NCBI RefSeq assembly: GCF_009914755.1
Contig: NC_060933.1
Direction: 5' to 3' (one strand)
Source of the DNA: the human T2T-CHM13v2.0 reference genome, Homo sapiens
Length of the DNA stretch: 64,000 nucleotides
Shown: piece by piece, positions 44,633-59,351 of the stretch
Layout: each line of letters opens with the position of its first letter
How positions within the stretch are numbered: position 1 is the stretch's first letter
Notes under the pieces: generated by a model
Databases searched by the model: none
Told to the model about the DNA's origin: nothing
Seen by the model: the letters and a program-made list of their open reading frames with translations, nothing else
Made by a program: the position numbers and the translations under genes

Positions 44633-45711
44633 TGTTGCGGGAGGTCAGGGACCCCGAACGGAGGGACCGGCTGAAGCCATGGCAGAAGAACATAAATTGT
44701 GAAGATTTCATGGACATTTATTAGTTCCCCAAATTAATACTTTTATAATTTCTTATGCCTGTCTCTACTGCAATCTCTGAACATAAATTGTGAAGATTTC
44801 AGGGACACTTATCACTTCCCCAATGAATACCCTTGTGATTTCCTATGCCTGTCTTTACTTTAATCTCTTAATCCCATCATCTTCATAAACTGAGGAGGAT
44901 GTATGTCACCTCAGGACCCTGTGATGATTGTGTTAACTGCACAAATTGTTTGTAGAGCATGTGTGTTTGAACAATATGAAATCTGGGCTCCTTGAAAAAA
45001 GAACAGGATAACAGCAATGTTCAAGGAACAAGAGAGATAACCTTAAACTCTGACTGCCGGTGAGCCGGGGGGGAAACAGAGCCATATGTCTCTTCTTTCA
45101 AAAGCAAATGGGAGAAATATCGCTGAATTGTTTTTCTCAGCAAGGAACATCCCTGAGAAAGAGAATGCGTCCCTGAGGGTAGGCCTCTAAAATGGCTGCT
45201 TTGGGGGTGGCTGTCTTTTACGGTCACTGCTGTAGGGAAGAAATAAGCCCCAGTCTCCTGTAGCGCTCCCAGGCTTATTAGGACGAGGAAATTCCCTCCT
45301 AATAAATTTTGGTCAGACCGGTTGTCTGCTTTCAAACCCTGTCTCCTGATAAGATGTTATCAGTGACAATGCATGCCCGAAACTTCATTAGCAATTTTAA
45401 TTTTGCCTCAGTCTTATGGTCCTGTGATCTTGCCCTGCCTCCATTTACCTTGTGATATCTTACTACCTTGTGAAGCATGTGATGTCTGTGACCCACACCC
45501 TATTCATACACTCCCTCCCCTTTTGAAAATCACTGATAAAAACTTGCTGGTTTTACTGCTCAGGGGGCATCACAGAACCTGCCGACATGTGATGTCTCCA
45601 GCTTTAAAATTTCTCTTTTGTACTCTTTCCCTTTATTTCTCAGACCGGCCGACACTTAGGGAAAATAGAAAAGAACCTACGTGAAATATCAGGGGTGAAT
45701 TTCACCCAATA
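44633..45711 (+). mobile_element. MER11 (HERV-K HML-8) solo LTR in ACO1 intron 1
   Basis: Starts TGTTGCGGGAGGTCAGGGACCCCGAACGGAGGGACCGGCTG; internal repeat GAACATAAATTGTGAAGATTTCA; exact 6-bp TSD CATAAC (44627-44632, 45712-45717). Confidence 0.93.
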
Positions 45712-47083
45712 CATAACTCTGCCTGGATTTGTTCCCTCCTGTACCTCCTCATTGCCTTGTCTTATTGACTGTAATAACACCGTAACCTGCCTCCCAGACA
45801 CCAGTCTGGCAGCCTTTCCCTGAGTTAGTCTATACCCCTACCGGAATGATCTCTGAAAATCAAATCTCATCTTAAAGATTGCAGCTCAGAATCCTTTAAT
45901 GGTGCCTCCTTACCTTTGGTAAAAATTCAAACTTTGCAGCAACCTGGACCTTGCTCCATCCCTTGTTTCTTAGCTCTCCCCAACATGTACCCTGTACTTT
46001 ATCCACGTGCAACACTTTATGATTCCCACAATGTCACACTTTTGTGCCTTTAATGTATTGTTTCATCTGCCAGCTTATTCTTTCAGTGACTCTGTACCTC
46101 TGTGTAATTCTGGAAGGCTTGTGCATGGTGTCACCTGTCCCTAGAGTCCTTTCTCTCCCCCTCTGATGCTCTGATGCTGGATTAGGTGCTTTTCCCTGGT
46201 GGTTCTTTATCAGCCTTCATCCACCACACCTGTAGCATGGGCTGCATGATGTTCTGATTTCTCCTACACAGTCTCCATTCTCAGTCTGAGCATCTGAAGG
46301 AGGATGGGGACTTTATCCCTTCATCTCAGGTCTGTAAATGTCGTGTGTATGAATGAATCCACACCAGTCCCTTCCCATAGACAACATAGAAAGGCCCAGG
46401 TCCCAGAAGTATCAAGGTCTAATGCTGCTTTAGTATTTGTCACTCCTTCAACCCAGTGAAATAGAGCAGCTGTGCCATTGTGGGAGTCACTGGGATGGAA
46501 CCAGCTGCTTCAGAGCTGGGCTCTGGAGTCTGATGGACTTGGGTTTGCGTTCCAGTTCCCTCTCTCAGCACGCCTGCATCTGGCTTCAGATTTGTAGCTT
46601 CTAACATCCTTCTATCCTGCTGCGGGGAAGGAATGTGCTGATCAGAAATAGGAGCATCAGGTCCTCCTGACAGTTGCCTTTCTTTGGTAGAATCAGTAAA
46701 TATATGGGTTTGCATATTGAGCTCTGAGAATTTTATTAGCATGAGTCATAATCCCCGAGTTCAGTCAGCCCTGATGAGACCAGGTTGGTGAGGTGGCTGG
46801 GTATAGTTGGCCTCAGACACTTGGCGAATTCACAGAGGTAAAGATGGCCCTATAAGACCTCTGACAGCCAGACACCCAATCTCTTGTGGTGATGGCCTTT
46901 CTTTCTAATTCCTAATTTCTAAAGTTTGAGTTAGAAAAGTTCATTGCCACAATCTGCGAAATGAGTTCAGGAGCCTGAGGAAATCATGCTGCTTTCTTAA
47001 AGATTGGATCTCAACTGGACCTGCTTTGTAGTACTTTTTTTTGAAAGTACAGCTGTCTTCACCCACTACTTCTCCTCCTCTTA

Positions 47084-47422
<339 letters not shown>

Positions 47423-48319
47423 TTAGTTGAGGTATCTGCAGGTGTCATGTACTACACCACACTGGTGACCATAGGGAGCTGCAGGGTAGGGGGCCCACAT
47501 TCTGAGAAGGGGCTGAGGAAGACCTCAAGGAGGAGAGGATGAGGTCAGGCTCAGGGCCGGGTCAGATGCCGGGTTCTCAGGACAATGCCCCCACTTCTTC
47601 CTTTACTTTCTTGCCAAATGTTTCATGACCCTTGGTGACTTTCTTTCTCAGCCTGTCTCTGGAATTTATAAATGTCGAAGTTCACCAAGACTTTTTACGA
47701 AACTCTGGTTATATTGGCCCACAGTGACACTAAAAAGTAAAAGTGAATATTTCTGTGAGTTTGTGCTGCTGCAACTAATTTAAAACGAGCTTAGAGGATG
47801 TATTAAGTCTTTCTCTTTGAGACTTGCATGTGATGTTCTGCCCCCTCTTGGCCAGTGAGCCCAGAACTAGGGGAGCCCTCAAGAGGCAGGGGCTGCCTGG
47901 TCAGGCATTGCTATAGCGTGGCCCTGGTTCCCCAAGTCCTGTTGTTTTTGGCAGTGGCTGTACACATCTGCCGAGTGAGTCATGATCATTTTTGTGATAC
48001 ATCCTGAGAATTTCCAGTGTTACTTAATAATGAAATTCAGGGAAATAGGGTTAGACTTCAGGAAGTAAGTACTTTTCAAGTACAATCTAATATTTTCATA
48101 TATGAGTTAATTTCTTATCAAACTGTAACCAATTTTTGATGTTGGAAGTCTACAGTCTAAACCAGATGACAGTTAAGGCTTTGTAGTTTGTCTTTATCAA
48201 AGTCCCTACTGTGGCCACTTTATCACTGTCTTTATCAAAGTCCTCACAGTAGGGACTTTGATAAACTACAAACACCTAGCTGTACACCTGGCTTAAAGTG
48301 TAGATTTACAACATCAAAA

Positions 48320-48760
48320 TTGGCTAAAGAGCCTCATGTGGTCTGGCCGCTACTACCTCTTGCCTTTTCTGTCTTCCCCTTTTTTTGCCTTCACACACCT
48401 TGGTCTCCTTGGCCTTCCTTAGACCCACCAGGCATGCCACCACCTCAGGGCCTTTGCACGTGAGGTTACCCCTCCCTGGATTGCACAGTGGCTGAACATC
48501 AGTGAGGCCTTCTTTGATCACTGACACTCCCCACAGCCCCTGTACTTTCTACTGCTTTTGCCCTGCTTTATCAATAGAATGGGTCACCATCTGATACTCT
48601 GTTTGTATATTTATTTATTTGTTTAGTCTGTCTCCTTCCATTAAAATGGAAGTACTATGAGGGCAGGGACTCTGTCTCTGTTGTTCCCTGATGTATCACC
48701 AGGACCTAAAACAGTTCCTGGCATGTAATAGACAGTTAACATAAATGTGAATGAATGAAT
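48320..48760 (+). mobile_element. L2 3' end
   Basis: CCTCAGGGCCTTTGCAC..CTATGAGGGCAGGGAC..CCTGGCATGTAATAG..GAATGAATGAAT. Confidence 0.8.
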
Positions 48761-50369
48761 CATTGAATTTTTTCCACTTAGAAAGGACTTTTTAGATCGT
48801 TAACCAACCTTATTTATAGATTGGGAAACTGAGGCACAGAAAAGTTATATGGCTAATTCAAAATAAAACCATCATTTAAGCTTTTTTTTTTTAAATCTTG
48901 ACATATATATAGCACATTCTGGTCAGTTATCCAGGATGAGAAAAGACTGAGTGAAAATAGACCACTAACTTAAAATTTGAGCAAGAAGAGACAAGCTGCT
49001 GTGAGATGGGAAAGCTTTCTGATATAGAGGCAGAGTTTTGTTCCTTTCTGTAGCATATGGTGCACCTTGCACATACTTAGTGCTCAAGAAAAACATGTTG
49101 ACGTAATGTGGTTATATTGTTAAATCCATTCTTTCTGCACCACTCTTTTCCCCCCAGTTTCTCTCCAAAAAATAGATAATTGCTCATATGACTTCTCCTT
49201 CAAAGTTCTTCTAGTTACAAGTATCATATTTAATAGGTTTTTGTTTTATGAACAGCTAAAAGAATTGAAGAGATGACCTGGTTTCTTGGAAAATTCAGAG
49301 ATATTTAATGCAGTTTCCCAGATGCATCCCCATCAAATAAAACAAAGAATTAATGTTTCTAGCTCTCTTATGAAAGAACCCAGTTGACAAGCCTTGGTGA
49401 TATTGCTGGCCATGATGATTCTGACCTCAATGTTGTTTATGTTCACATAGACATCCTTGGAATTTTACTTTTGACAAAAATATTGTTTATAAGTAGCATG
49501 ATGTTTAGATACACAAAAGTTAGTTTGGGAGTAGGGCCAATTAATTTCTCTTTAAACAGAAATGAAATATAGCTAACCTTTTTAATGAGCTGCAGTGAAC
49601 CTCAGAGATGCAGTGATAGTACTTTGACTTTAGAGTTGGAAGCCATGGCAGTTCAAGACAAGTATATTTCAGAAGGTGTAGGAAGAGAGGAAAACAGAAG
49701 GGCAAACCACATAAAATACAGGAGAAATCTTTTTCTCTTGTTTGCATAGACTTTTTAAATCCACTCTTAGGTGTCTTTAGATAGCCCAAAAAAAGGATTG
49801 GGGGATGTGCTGCCAGTACTTTAGACCATAGAGAGATGATTCTCAGTTGATCATCTGAAGGCTCTTTCAAGCTCTACAAGCTCCCCTGGAAACTGATATG
49901 TACCCCCAAAACAAACAAACAAAAAACAAATTCTCATCCTGTCCAGCCCACTACTGATAGTTCTGCTGCCTGGGTTTATTCCTCTCCTGTGCTCCTCCTC
50001 CTGCTGTGTGGAAATCCTGTGATTGCTTGTAGGGTCCATTAATACTATGCCTCTGTCTGTATCATAAGGTAATTAATTATAATATTTCACTATCATAGGA
50101 AAATTAAACTTTGATAACACAAGTAGCAAATTCATAGATTTATATATTCCAAAGATGAGATGGAGACCCTAAAAGGTGAATCTTATTTTTTCTGATCCTT
50201 GGCATTTAGCTTAAAGTAAGTCGACTGTTCCAAACATCTCTACAAATCTAGCTATGAGAGATAAACATCATCACATGGCACTCCTCTTGAATGCTACTGT
50301 TGAATCACTCCCTGTCAGCTGGGTGGGTGTATGGGCTGACGTGGTTTTCTAGCAAGAGTGATGGTTTAG

Positions 50370-50828
<459 letters not shown>

Positions 50829-51849
50829 TAGCTGCCAACCTAATATTTAAATTTTAATGTAGAGCTACTCATAAGCAAAGTGTACTGGCCCAAATAGGAT
50901 TTTGTCCATGATTTAAGATAATCATCCCCTTTCCTTGCTATAATTCACTAGGCTCACAGTGCACCCAAGCATGGGGTCAAATTGTCGACAGATTTTAGGG
51001 CTGTCTGTCATTCACGTAAAGGGAAATGTTGTAGACCATATCTCAAGACCAAGTAGAGGCCAAAGGCAGTTTCAGTCTCTCCAGAGTTACAGAGCTGAGG
51101 CATCCACATTAATAGCTCAGTTAAGTCCCCTTGGAGATGAAAACATTTGATCAGCAGAGGTCATCTTAGTGTTACTCAGTTTGACCTGTCTGGCAGACAG
51201 GCAGTTTACAAAAGAAGAAGTTTAGATGCCTAACAGACAGATGGAAAGTTACTCAATTTAACTAGCTATTAAAGAAGTACCAAGATTGGCTTTTTAATGT
51301 CTCAACTTGGCAAAAGGTAAATATGAATTCTATTGCCTGGTTTGAGTACCTCCACTCACTGCCTCAGAGAAGGGTCGTAAAATTGGTACAGCCTTTTCCA
51401 GGCATCCTGGTGATATGCAAATCCTTTCACTCGGCTCTTTTCTAGGAACTGAAAGCTAGAAATTTATTTGAAAGAAATGATTTAAGGACCTACTAACGAT
51501 GTGAGTATACAAGGCATCATTGTTTGAATGCTAGTACTTGGAAACAACCTAAGTATTTTAATAATAGGGAAATTGTTATATATCTGAAGGATAGATTTTT
51601 ATGGTATAGTTTAAAGTGCTGTAAAATATCACACGATTGTCCTATTAAGATATTTGAGGTTTATTGTTGAGTGAAAAAAAGCAATTAGCAAAACAATGTG
51701 AGGTCTAGTGATTTTTTTTTTTTTGAAAAATTCAAATGCGTTTAAAAGTCATGGTAAATGAAACTGTAAATCATGGTATTACAAAGGATTTTATTTTGTT
51801 CTTTTTGCTCACCTGCATTTTCTGTTGTTGCTACAGTGAGCATCTATTT

Positions 51850-52183
<334 letters not shown>

Positions 52184-55100
52184 CTATTCCTTAGTGTAAT
52201 ATTTTTTAAAGTTACCACCACCCAAGAAGATGTGGTTCAGTAACAAATTTGGTATCCTGCTGAGATTGGAAAGGGAGCTGGGGATGGGGTGGGAAGGGAG
52301 GGCCCCCCTTGGATTAGTGTGTTTGACTTGAATGAGGTGTGGCACTGTTCATCTAAGGCTAAATTTGAGCCATTCAGGGATTCTCTTCACAGCTCTTTCT
52401 CTCTGTTGGTGAATATCAAAGGACATATTGAGGGGAGCAAAGTGGACTTTATCTGGAGTTATAGTCACAAATTTAAATACATCTTCACCAGTCATTATTA
52501 AAGAAAGATCTGCATTTGTAGTTCCAGGAACTTTACGGACCATTCTATCTTTCTTTCAAAGGGTATTGCTGAAGATGTCAAGTTCTCATTTTATAGAGAT
52601 GCTAATGTAGGTATTTATGTACAAAGTTTAAATGACCGCTCCAGTGTTTTAAGAAGTAAGTAGTAAATGAATGCATGCTTATCAAAAATAGAATTTGAAT
52701 AATACAGGAGTATGAAACATAGAAAGCTAAAGTCTCCCCTTTATACAATGTGTTATTCTATTTGTAATCCATGTTAACTTTATGTCTTTCTTTTTTGTGC
52801 ATTTGCATATGCAATGGTGTGTGTGTATGAATGAATATACACTAATGGTCTTGAAGTTTTTTTTTTTTTCACTTAAATCAGATCCTAGTATATACATATA
52901 TATATTATTTTGCAACTTTAAAATTCTCATATCATTTAACGTGAGCCTTTACTAACATTTTGTATCTTGAATCTGAGTAAGGGATTGTATACGCAATATT
53001 ATATCAGGAAAATTGATTTGCCCTTACTGTGGCTTTTGGAAAAAAGTGGCACCCAGGGCAGATCATCAGAAACCTAAATTTAAGTTGTTTTTCCAAAGTT
53101 TAGCTGTCAGTTCTCTGGAATTCTGAAACACATGGAAGTTTTAGTAAGTGATTATAGAACTAACATCACAGAAGCACCAAAAGACTGTGATACACCTAGG
53201 TAGTACTTTTTTCAACTCTACCTGTGAAAGATTTTAAGGGTTTTTTTTTTCCCCCTGAGGGAAATTTGCATTTCACTGGAGGGCAAATCAGCTGTATTTT
53301 TTTTTTTTTCTGGTTCTCCCACTAATGAGTCCTGTGACCCTAGGCAGTCAGTTGCTTTTCAGGGCCTCTCTGTCTTCCTCTGGGGAATGCTACATGATTG
53401 CTAAGGTTCTTTACTAAAAACTCAACATTCTATGTCTCATTACCTCCTTAGCACCTAAGGTCAAGGTGTCCCTAGGGAATGGTGACAGGTTGGTGCCATG
53501 CCTTAGTGCCATGCTATGTGTGCACAAAAGGTGCTACTCCAAGGCACCTGCAAGTGTCCTCAATTGAGCCAAAGGTCAGTTGGTAGCAAGACTGTGGTTG
53601 GGGAAAAACCCTAGCTCTTCACTCCTCCCACCTTTTTACTGGGAGCATGGCTCATTTGTTAAATGTCTTACCCTAGTTCTGCCTGCCTTTGCATAATATT
53701 TGTTATTTTTTAGTGACCTACTTTAAAAATCTGGTGTTCAGACTGTCCATGCCCACCCCCGTTCTTGCATGCAGAGTGTACCTGTGCTAATCATAACCCT
53801 GTACAAGTCACCCAGCTAGTATTTCAGGATGGGTTAGCTTTGAAAGACACTGTTTCTCTACCAAATAATTATCTTGACTTTCAGAATGTGAACTACATGT
53901 AATGAAGGGTTTCAGATACAGTAGCTCCGTTTTTATTCCTTTTGTTTAAGAACTGTTCATCTGTCTTCCTTGATTCAGTGGCCAGGGACAAGTGTTCAGC
54001 TGTCTTCATCATTCTGACAAGCGTCCCGGAGGGACAAGTTCTGAATAATTGCTCCCACCTTGTACCTTAAAAGATACCATTTCCCATTCCTTCCTTCTTT
54101 TTTTTTTCTTTTTTCTTCTCCTCTTTTCTCTTCTTGCCACCATGTAGTATCATCTCATTCTATAGAACAAAGAAAGCAGCAACCCCAAATAGTGTGATAT
54201 ATGCTAACTCTTCCCTCTTTCAAAAAAGAAAAACACCATATATATTTAGATACTCTGCCATCTCCAAAATGTCCACATTCATTGTCTTCGTTTGTTCATT
54301 CCTATCTTTTATTGTTGAATGAAGATCAGATAAAACAGAAAAGAGCCAAGAACAAAGTAGCAGGAGGAGAGAGTGGGAGATAAGAAAGGAATTGAAACAG
54401 TGGGACCTGTGCTTTATGTGGATGTGGGACATAGGGAGGGCTTCCTGGCCAATGGTGGGGTTCCTAGATGAAACCCCAGATCTTGGAGGTATTTTTAGAG
54501 CCTGAAGGACCAGTGATAATACTCAAGGATTAGGGATGGGATGAGTGTCTGGCCAGGGAAAGGCAGGCTTAGGAGGTATGATGCCTGGATTCTTCTCTAT
54601 ATCTGGACCCATTACCCAGCCAAAGATCTTTCTTCTCACACCTCTTTGAAACATGATTGTTTTTGGCTTTCTCTTGGAGTTACTAAACCAGGAGATTTGA
54701 GACAAGAATGATAGTATGGGTGGAACCTTGAAGTGGCTCCAAATTCCGGAGTCCTCTAGGCTTATATGGAGGGCCTGTTTTCCAAACAAAGCTAGTCTTT
54801 GGTTGCTGAAATGCAGCTGCTATTACTTTCTACTGACCTGTGGCTCAGCACAAAGTGGCAGGAGACAGGTGACAGTGCCTGGCTCAGACCTGGTCTTGGG
54901 GCCCCCTGGAAAGAAGTAAAGGCAACTCCAGCATTCAAAGTTGAGTCTCTTGTGAGAGGATTTCCCATGACTTTCCCAGCTTTAGGGGCTAGTGGGTGAC
55001 CTCCAACAGCAGCATCGTCAGAACAGGGTGGCTGCACCTAGAGAGGTGGTGTTGGGTGGCAGAAAGAGCCAGGGTTTGAAACCTAGCTCTGCCTCTTACT

Positions 55101-57426
55101 GGATGTATGCCGTTACGCAAGGTTTTTCATCCCTCTGAGCTGCGGTATGCTTATCTGTACAATGGAAATAATGATAGATTTCATTTACGGAGATGTTGCT
55201 AGGTAAAGAAGATGGTGTAAAGCACTTGGCATGTGCTGGTATAACTAACTGGTTCTTCTCTTCCCTTCTGCAGATAGAATTTACTTCCTTCATATAGTGA
55301 AACTAGACAGTTATCTAGCTTCCAAGGAAAAAGGGAGGCAAATGGTAGTGCACTTTAAAACAAGCCATTTTCTCCAAGAGCCACCATATTGGTCACTATA
55401 TCCATCCCAAAAATACCAACTGACTTTGTAGGGTGGTGGGAGTAGCAGGAATCATGTGAGGCTTCTTGTGTTATGCCCCAGACATTTGTAGCTACAGGGA
55501 AGTAAATTGACACATTTGGTCCCCACTGCATAATGGCAGATAATAAGTACAAGTTAACAACTGGTTTAATCCAAAAATTTTGGGAGACTTGGGGCATCTG
55601 GCTCCTTTAGGATTCGACACAGAGATAAGGATGATTCAGACACTTAAGGCCATTGAAAGAGGTGAATGACCCATCTTGCTCAGTCCCGTGAGCGTTTCCC
55701 ACCACTTCCCCTGCCTGCAGAGACTCTGGCCTCTGTTGAGATAGTCTTCTGTTTTTCCAGGCAGGCAAAACAGCAGTTTTATTGTTGCAGTTGCTACTGT
55801 TTGAGGGTGAAAAAGGTAAGTCTGGGGAGTATAGCATGGGTGACAAATGAAAGGGAGAGTAGCACTGTTGCCTTTTTAAATATATTCAGAATTTCAGCCA
55901 GTGGAATTATTAGTTTCATTTTCTGAGCCCACAGATTTGTAAACTTCTCCTTCTGCAGATAAGCTAGCAGGTTTCTTATTTATAGGGCTTTCCCCTCTCC
56001 TGATTGGCTGCTCATTGAGTTAGAATTAGTCACAAATCTCTTGAATTTGTGTGGCACTTTATCCTATATGCACTCTCACCTCAAAAACTAAAGCCACCAT
56101 CTTCCCTCCAAAAGCAGTCCTAATAGCCTTCAATTCTCCATGCCTGGAGTTAAACCTTATTTCTTCTCCCCATAGATTTCCCCCCATTCACCCAGCAGCC
56201 ATTTTCTCTAAATTTTGCCTCTTCAGCTTTTAATCCCTCCGCCCCTTTTTTCCATTTCAGTTTCTGCCATGCACTTGCCCGCCTGGTTACCTGCCACCTC
56301 TGGTCGAATAGGGCCCACAGGTGTGTTTGGTTTTGCCATCATGCCACAGATCCACACAGTTTAGAAAAAATTAGTTGCCAACTTTTATAAGCCAAGAATT
56401 CATATAAAAATCTAGATTACCAGTCTCACTTGGAAAATTAGATGATCTCTCAACACTGGGCAAGCATTCCTTCATGCCCTCTCGGCTGGAGCCAGGTGGC
56501 CTCTGCCCCCTTAGATGGGCACAGATCACCCAGGCTCTTTAGTCCCTGTACAGCCTGCCTCACATACACAGGTCTCTTCCTGAGCCCTGGAGGCATTTTG
56601 ATTGTGACTCCCATTTTAGAATGTGCCCTCCCTTTTTCCATATCTTCTGTGCTGCCTCTCTGCTTCCTGAATTAAGTTTTAAGTGCCTCACCTGGTGGCA
56701 CTCCACAGTGCCCACCAATGATTCTCAAGCTGAACGTGTGTCAGAATCACCTAGAAGCTTGAACAGGTTCAATGGGTGGGGAGGGGATACTCAGGAATCT
56801 ATATTTTTAACAAGAAAGAACCCTGGATAATTCTAATGCAGATGGCCTAGGGTATATACCTTTATAAACACAGTTACGGTGTATTCCAGTAGCCTTTGCT
56901 GCCCATTCTTTAGTTTCAGTTTCAGAACTCCCAGAGAAGGAAGTTGATTGGGCCAGATTGGGTCAGACACCTTTCCTCTCTCCCAACAAATGGCAGCTGC
57001 TGCATACAGCATGTGAGACTAGGTGGGAGAAGTAGTTCCCAGGAAAGAGGCGCTGGGCAAACAGCCTGGCTGTCTCCTCTTCAGTGTCTTGCGCCCGTTA
57101 CCGGTACCTGTGGCGTGTCCTGTCGCCTCCTGCACTAGCAATCCAGGAAGACACAGGCTGCTTCTCAATCAACTGCTTCTCCCCAAAACTACCTCGTACC
57201 TACCAGACTTTGGACAGAGGAGTTGTGCAAATGTCTATTTCTTTTAAATTTTTAACTATTTTTTTTAAAGTTCAGTGTGTACATAGTTAAAAATGCAAAC
57301 AATACTAAAAGAAACATAGTAAAAACTAAGCCTTCCTCCCAGTCCTGATTTCTAGGTCCCAGACCTCTTAAAAAAAGAATTTAAATGTTCTCTTTTCTTT
57401 TCAGGAACACGTGGCCATCAGTAATC

Positions 57427-57523
57427 ATGAGCAACCCATTCGCACACCTTGCTGAGCCATTGGATCCTGTACAACCAGGAAAGAAATTCTTCAATTTGAA
57501 TAAATTGGAGGATTCAAGATATG
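57427..57523 (+). CDS. ACO1: ACO1/IRP1 exon 2 coding part (exon 57405-57523), MSNPFAHLAEPLDPVQPGKKFFNLNKLEDSRY-G
   Basis: Polypyrimidine tract TTTTCTTTTCAG acceptor, 22-nt UTR, ATG at 57427, donor G|GTAGGT; matches the known IRP1 N-terminus. Confidence 0.98.
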
Positions 57524-58261
57524 GTAGGTACATGGCTGTGATAGCAATTGGAATCTCATTTGCACAATGATTAGGCTATGTAATTAATTACACTTGAGGA
57601 GAGTTTGAAGAGGGAGTAGCAGAGAATGGGTGAATGTTCTTGGATTAAGTGCACAAGCACTCACATGCCTTTCCTACATTAGTCATTTTTAAGTAGGTGA
57701 TAATGATTACATACATTTGACATTTATATAACACTTTATAGAGTATACATTTGTATCGTATCATTTAATCTGAATAACAACCCTATGGGGTCATGTTTAT
57801 AAAATATAAGAGGTCCTGAGGAAGCTAAGGCCCAAGAGTCAATGACACATGCTCAGATCACAAGTATGTGGGTTGTAGACAAGCAGGACAAGAACACAGT
57901 CTTTTTTATTCCAAATTCCGTCCTTTTTCTGCCTTTGCACTGTCTTTTCCAGATAAATTTCCAGATAGTATTGCTTAGTAATTTTCACATATCAAAATGG
58001 AATTTTTATAAATAAACAAAATCATTTTTCTTATGAATTAATATTGTTTTATTTTAGGAACTCCAGTTACCACTGGCCATGCTGCATAGTGTTTAGGGTT
58101 TTGTTTCCTTTGAAAGATGTACGTGCATATACTTTGGTCTTAATTACAATAATTGTAAAGGGGTTATTTTCTCATTTCTTGAGCATTTGTTTCATAAGGA
58201 CTATTACTCTGTGTGTATATATACATGTATAAATATATGTTACTTGTCAACATTTAACATA

Positions 58262-58603
<342 letters not shown>

Positions 58604-58712
58604 TTAAGGGAAACTGTCTGTTGTTGGAATCCAGGACAAGACAACCATTTAATACCAAAGAATAATATTTTATTTTGGCCTTGTGTGTAGTGTTTTCTAC
58701 CACTGAATATCT

Positions 58713-59003
58713 CTTTCTTTTTTGAAACAGAGTCTTGCTCTGTCGCCAGGCTGGAGTGCAGTGGCATGGATCTTGGCTCACTGCAACCTCTGCCTCCTAG
58801 GTTCAAGCAATTCTCTTGCCTCAGCCTCCCCAGTAGCTGGGACTACAGGCACACGCCACAATGCCCAGCTAAGTTTTTTATTTTTAGTAGAGATGGAGTT
58901 TCACCATGTTGGTCAGGATGGTCTCGATCTCTTGACCTCGTGATCCGCCCGCCTCAGCCTCCCAAAGTGCTGGGATTACAGGCATGAGCCACTGTGCCCA
59001 GCC
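58713..59003 (-). mobile_element. Alu (AluSc-like), intron 2
   Basis: Antisense Alu; flanking duplication CTGAATATCTCT. Confidence 0.94.
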
Positions 59004-59182
59004 CTGAATATCTCTTAAACCCATTAAATATCCATGTATTTTAAACTGTTGGTCACTTTACCCTCTTTCCTTGTGGAAGAATAGTCTGATGCCTCATATC
59101 AACTTTATATAGAGATTGGCCTTAAAGAGCGCTCTTAAGTTGTCTCACAGGTTTTGTTTATTTTGTCATCCTTAACTCTTAG

Positions 59183-59351
59183 GGCGCTTACCATTTTCGA
59201 TCAGAGTTCTTCTGGAAGCAGCCATTCGGAATTGTGATGAGTTTTTGGTGAAGAAACAGGATATTGAAAATATTCTACATTGGAATGTCACGCAGCACAA
59301 GAACATAGAAGTGCCATTTAAGCCTGCTCGTGTCATCCTGCAGGACTTTAC
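59183..59351 (+). CDS. ACO1: ACO1 exon 3 (169 nt): [57 protein letters not shown]
   Basis: AG acceptor 59181-59182, donor AC|GTGAGC; phase matches exon 2; aconitase-A motifs [10 protein letters not shown] and [10 protein letters not shown]. Confidence 0.98.

Noticed and set aside
56291-56307. CTGCCACCTCTGGTCGA as a CTCF site
   Set aside because: Only the right half fits the consensus
57385-57570. ORF with upstream ATG (MFSFLFRNTW...) suggesting an N-terminal extension
   Set aside because: That ATG is intronic, upstream of the acceptor at 57404, and the tail reads through the donor
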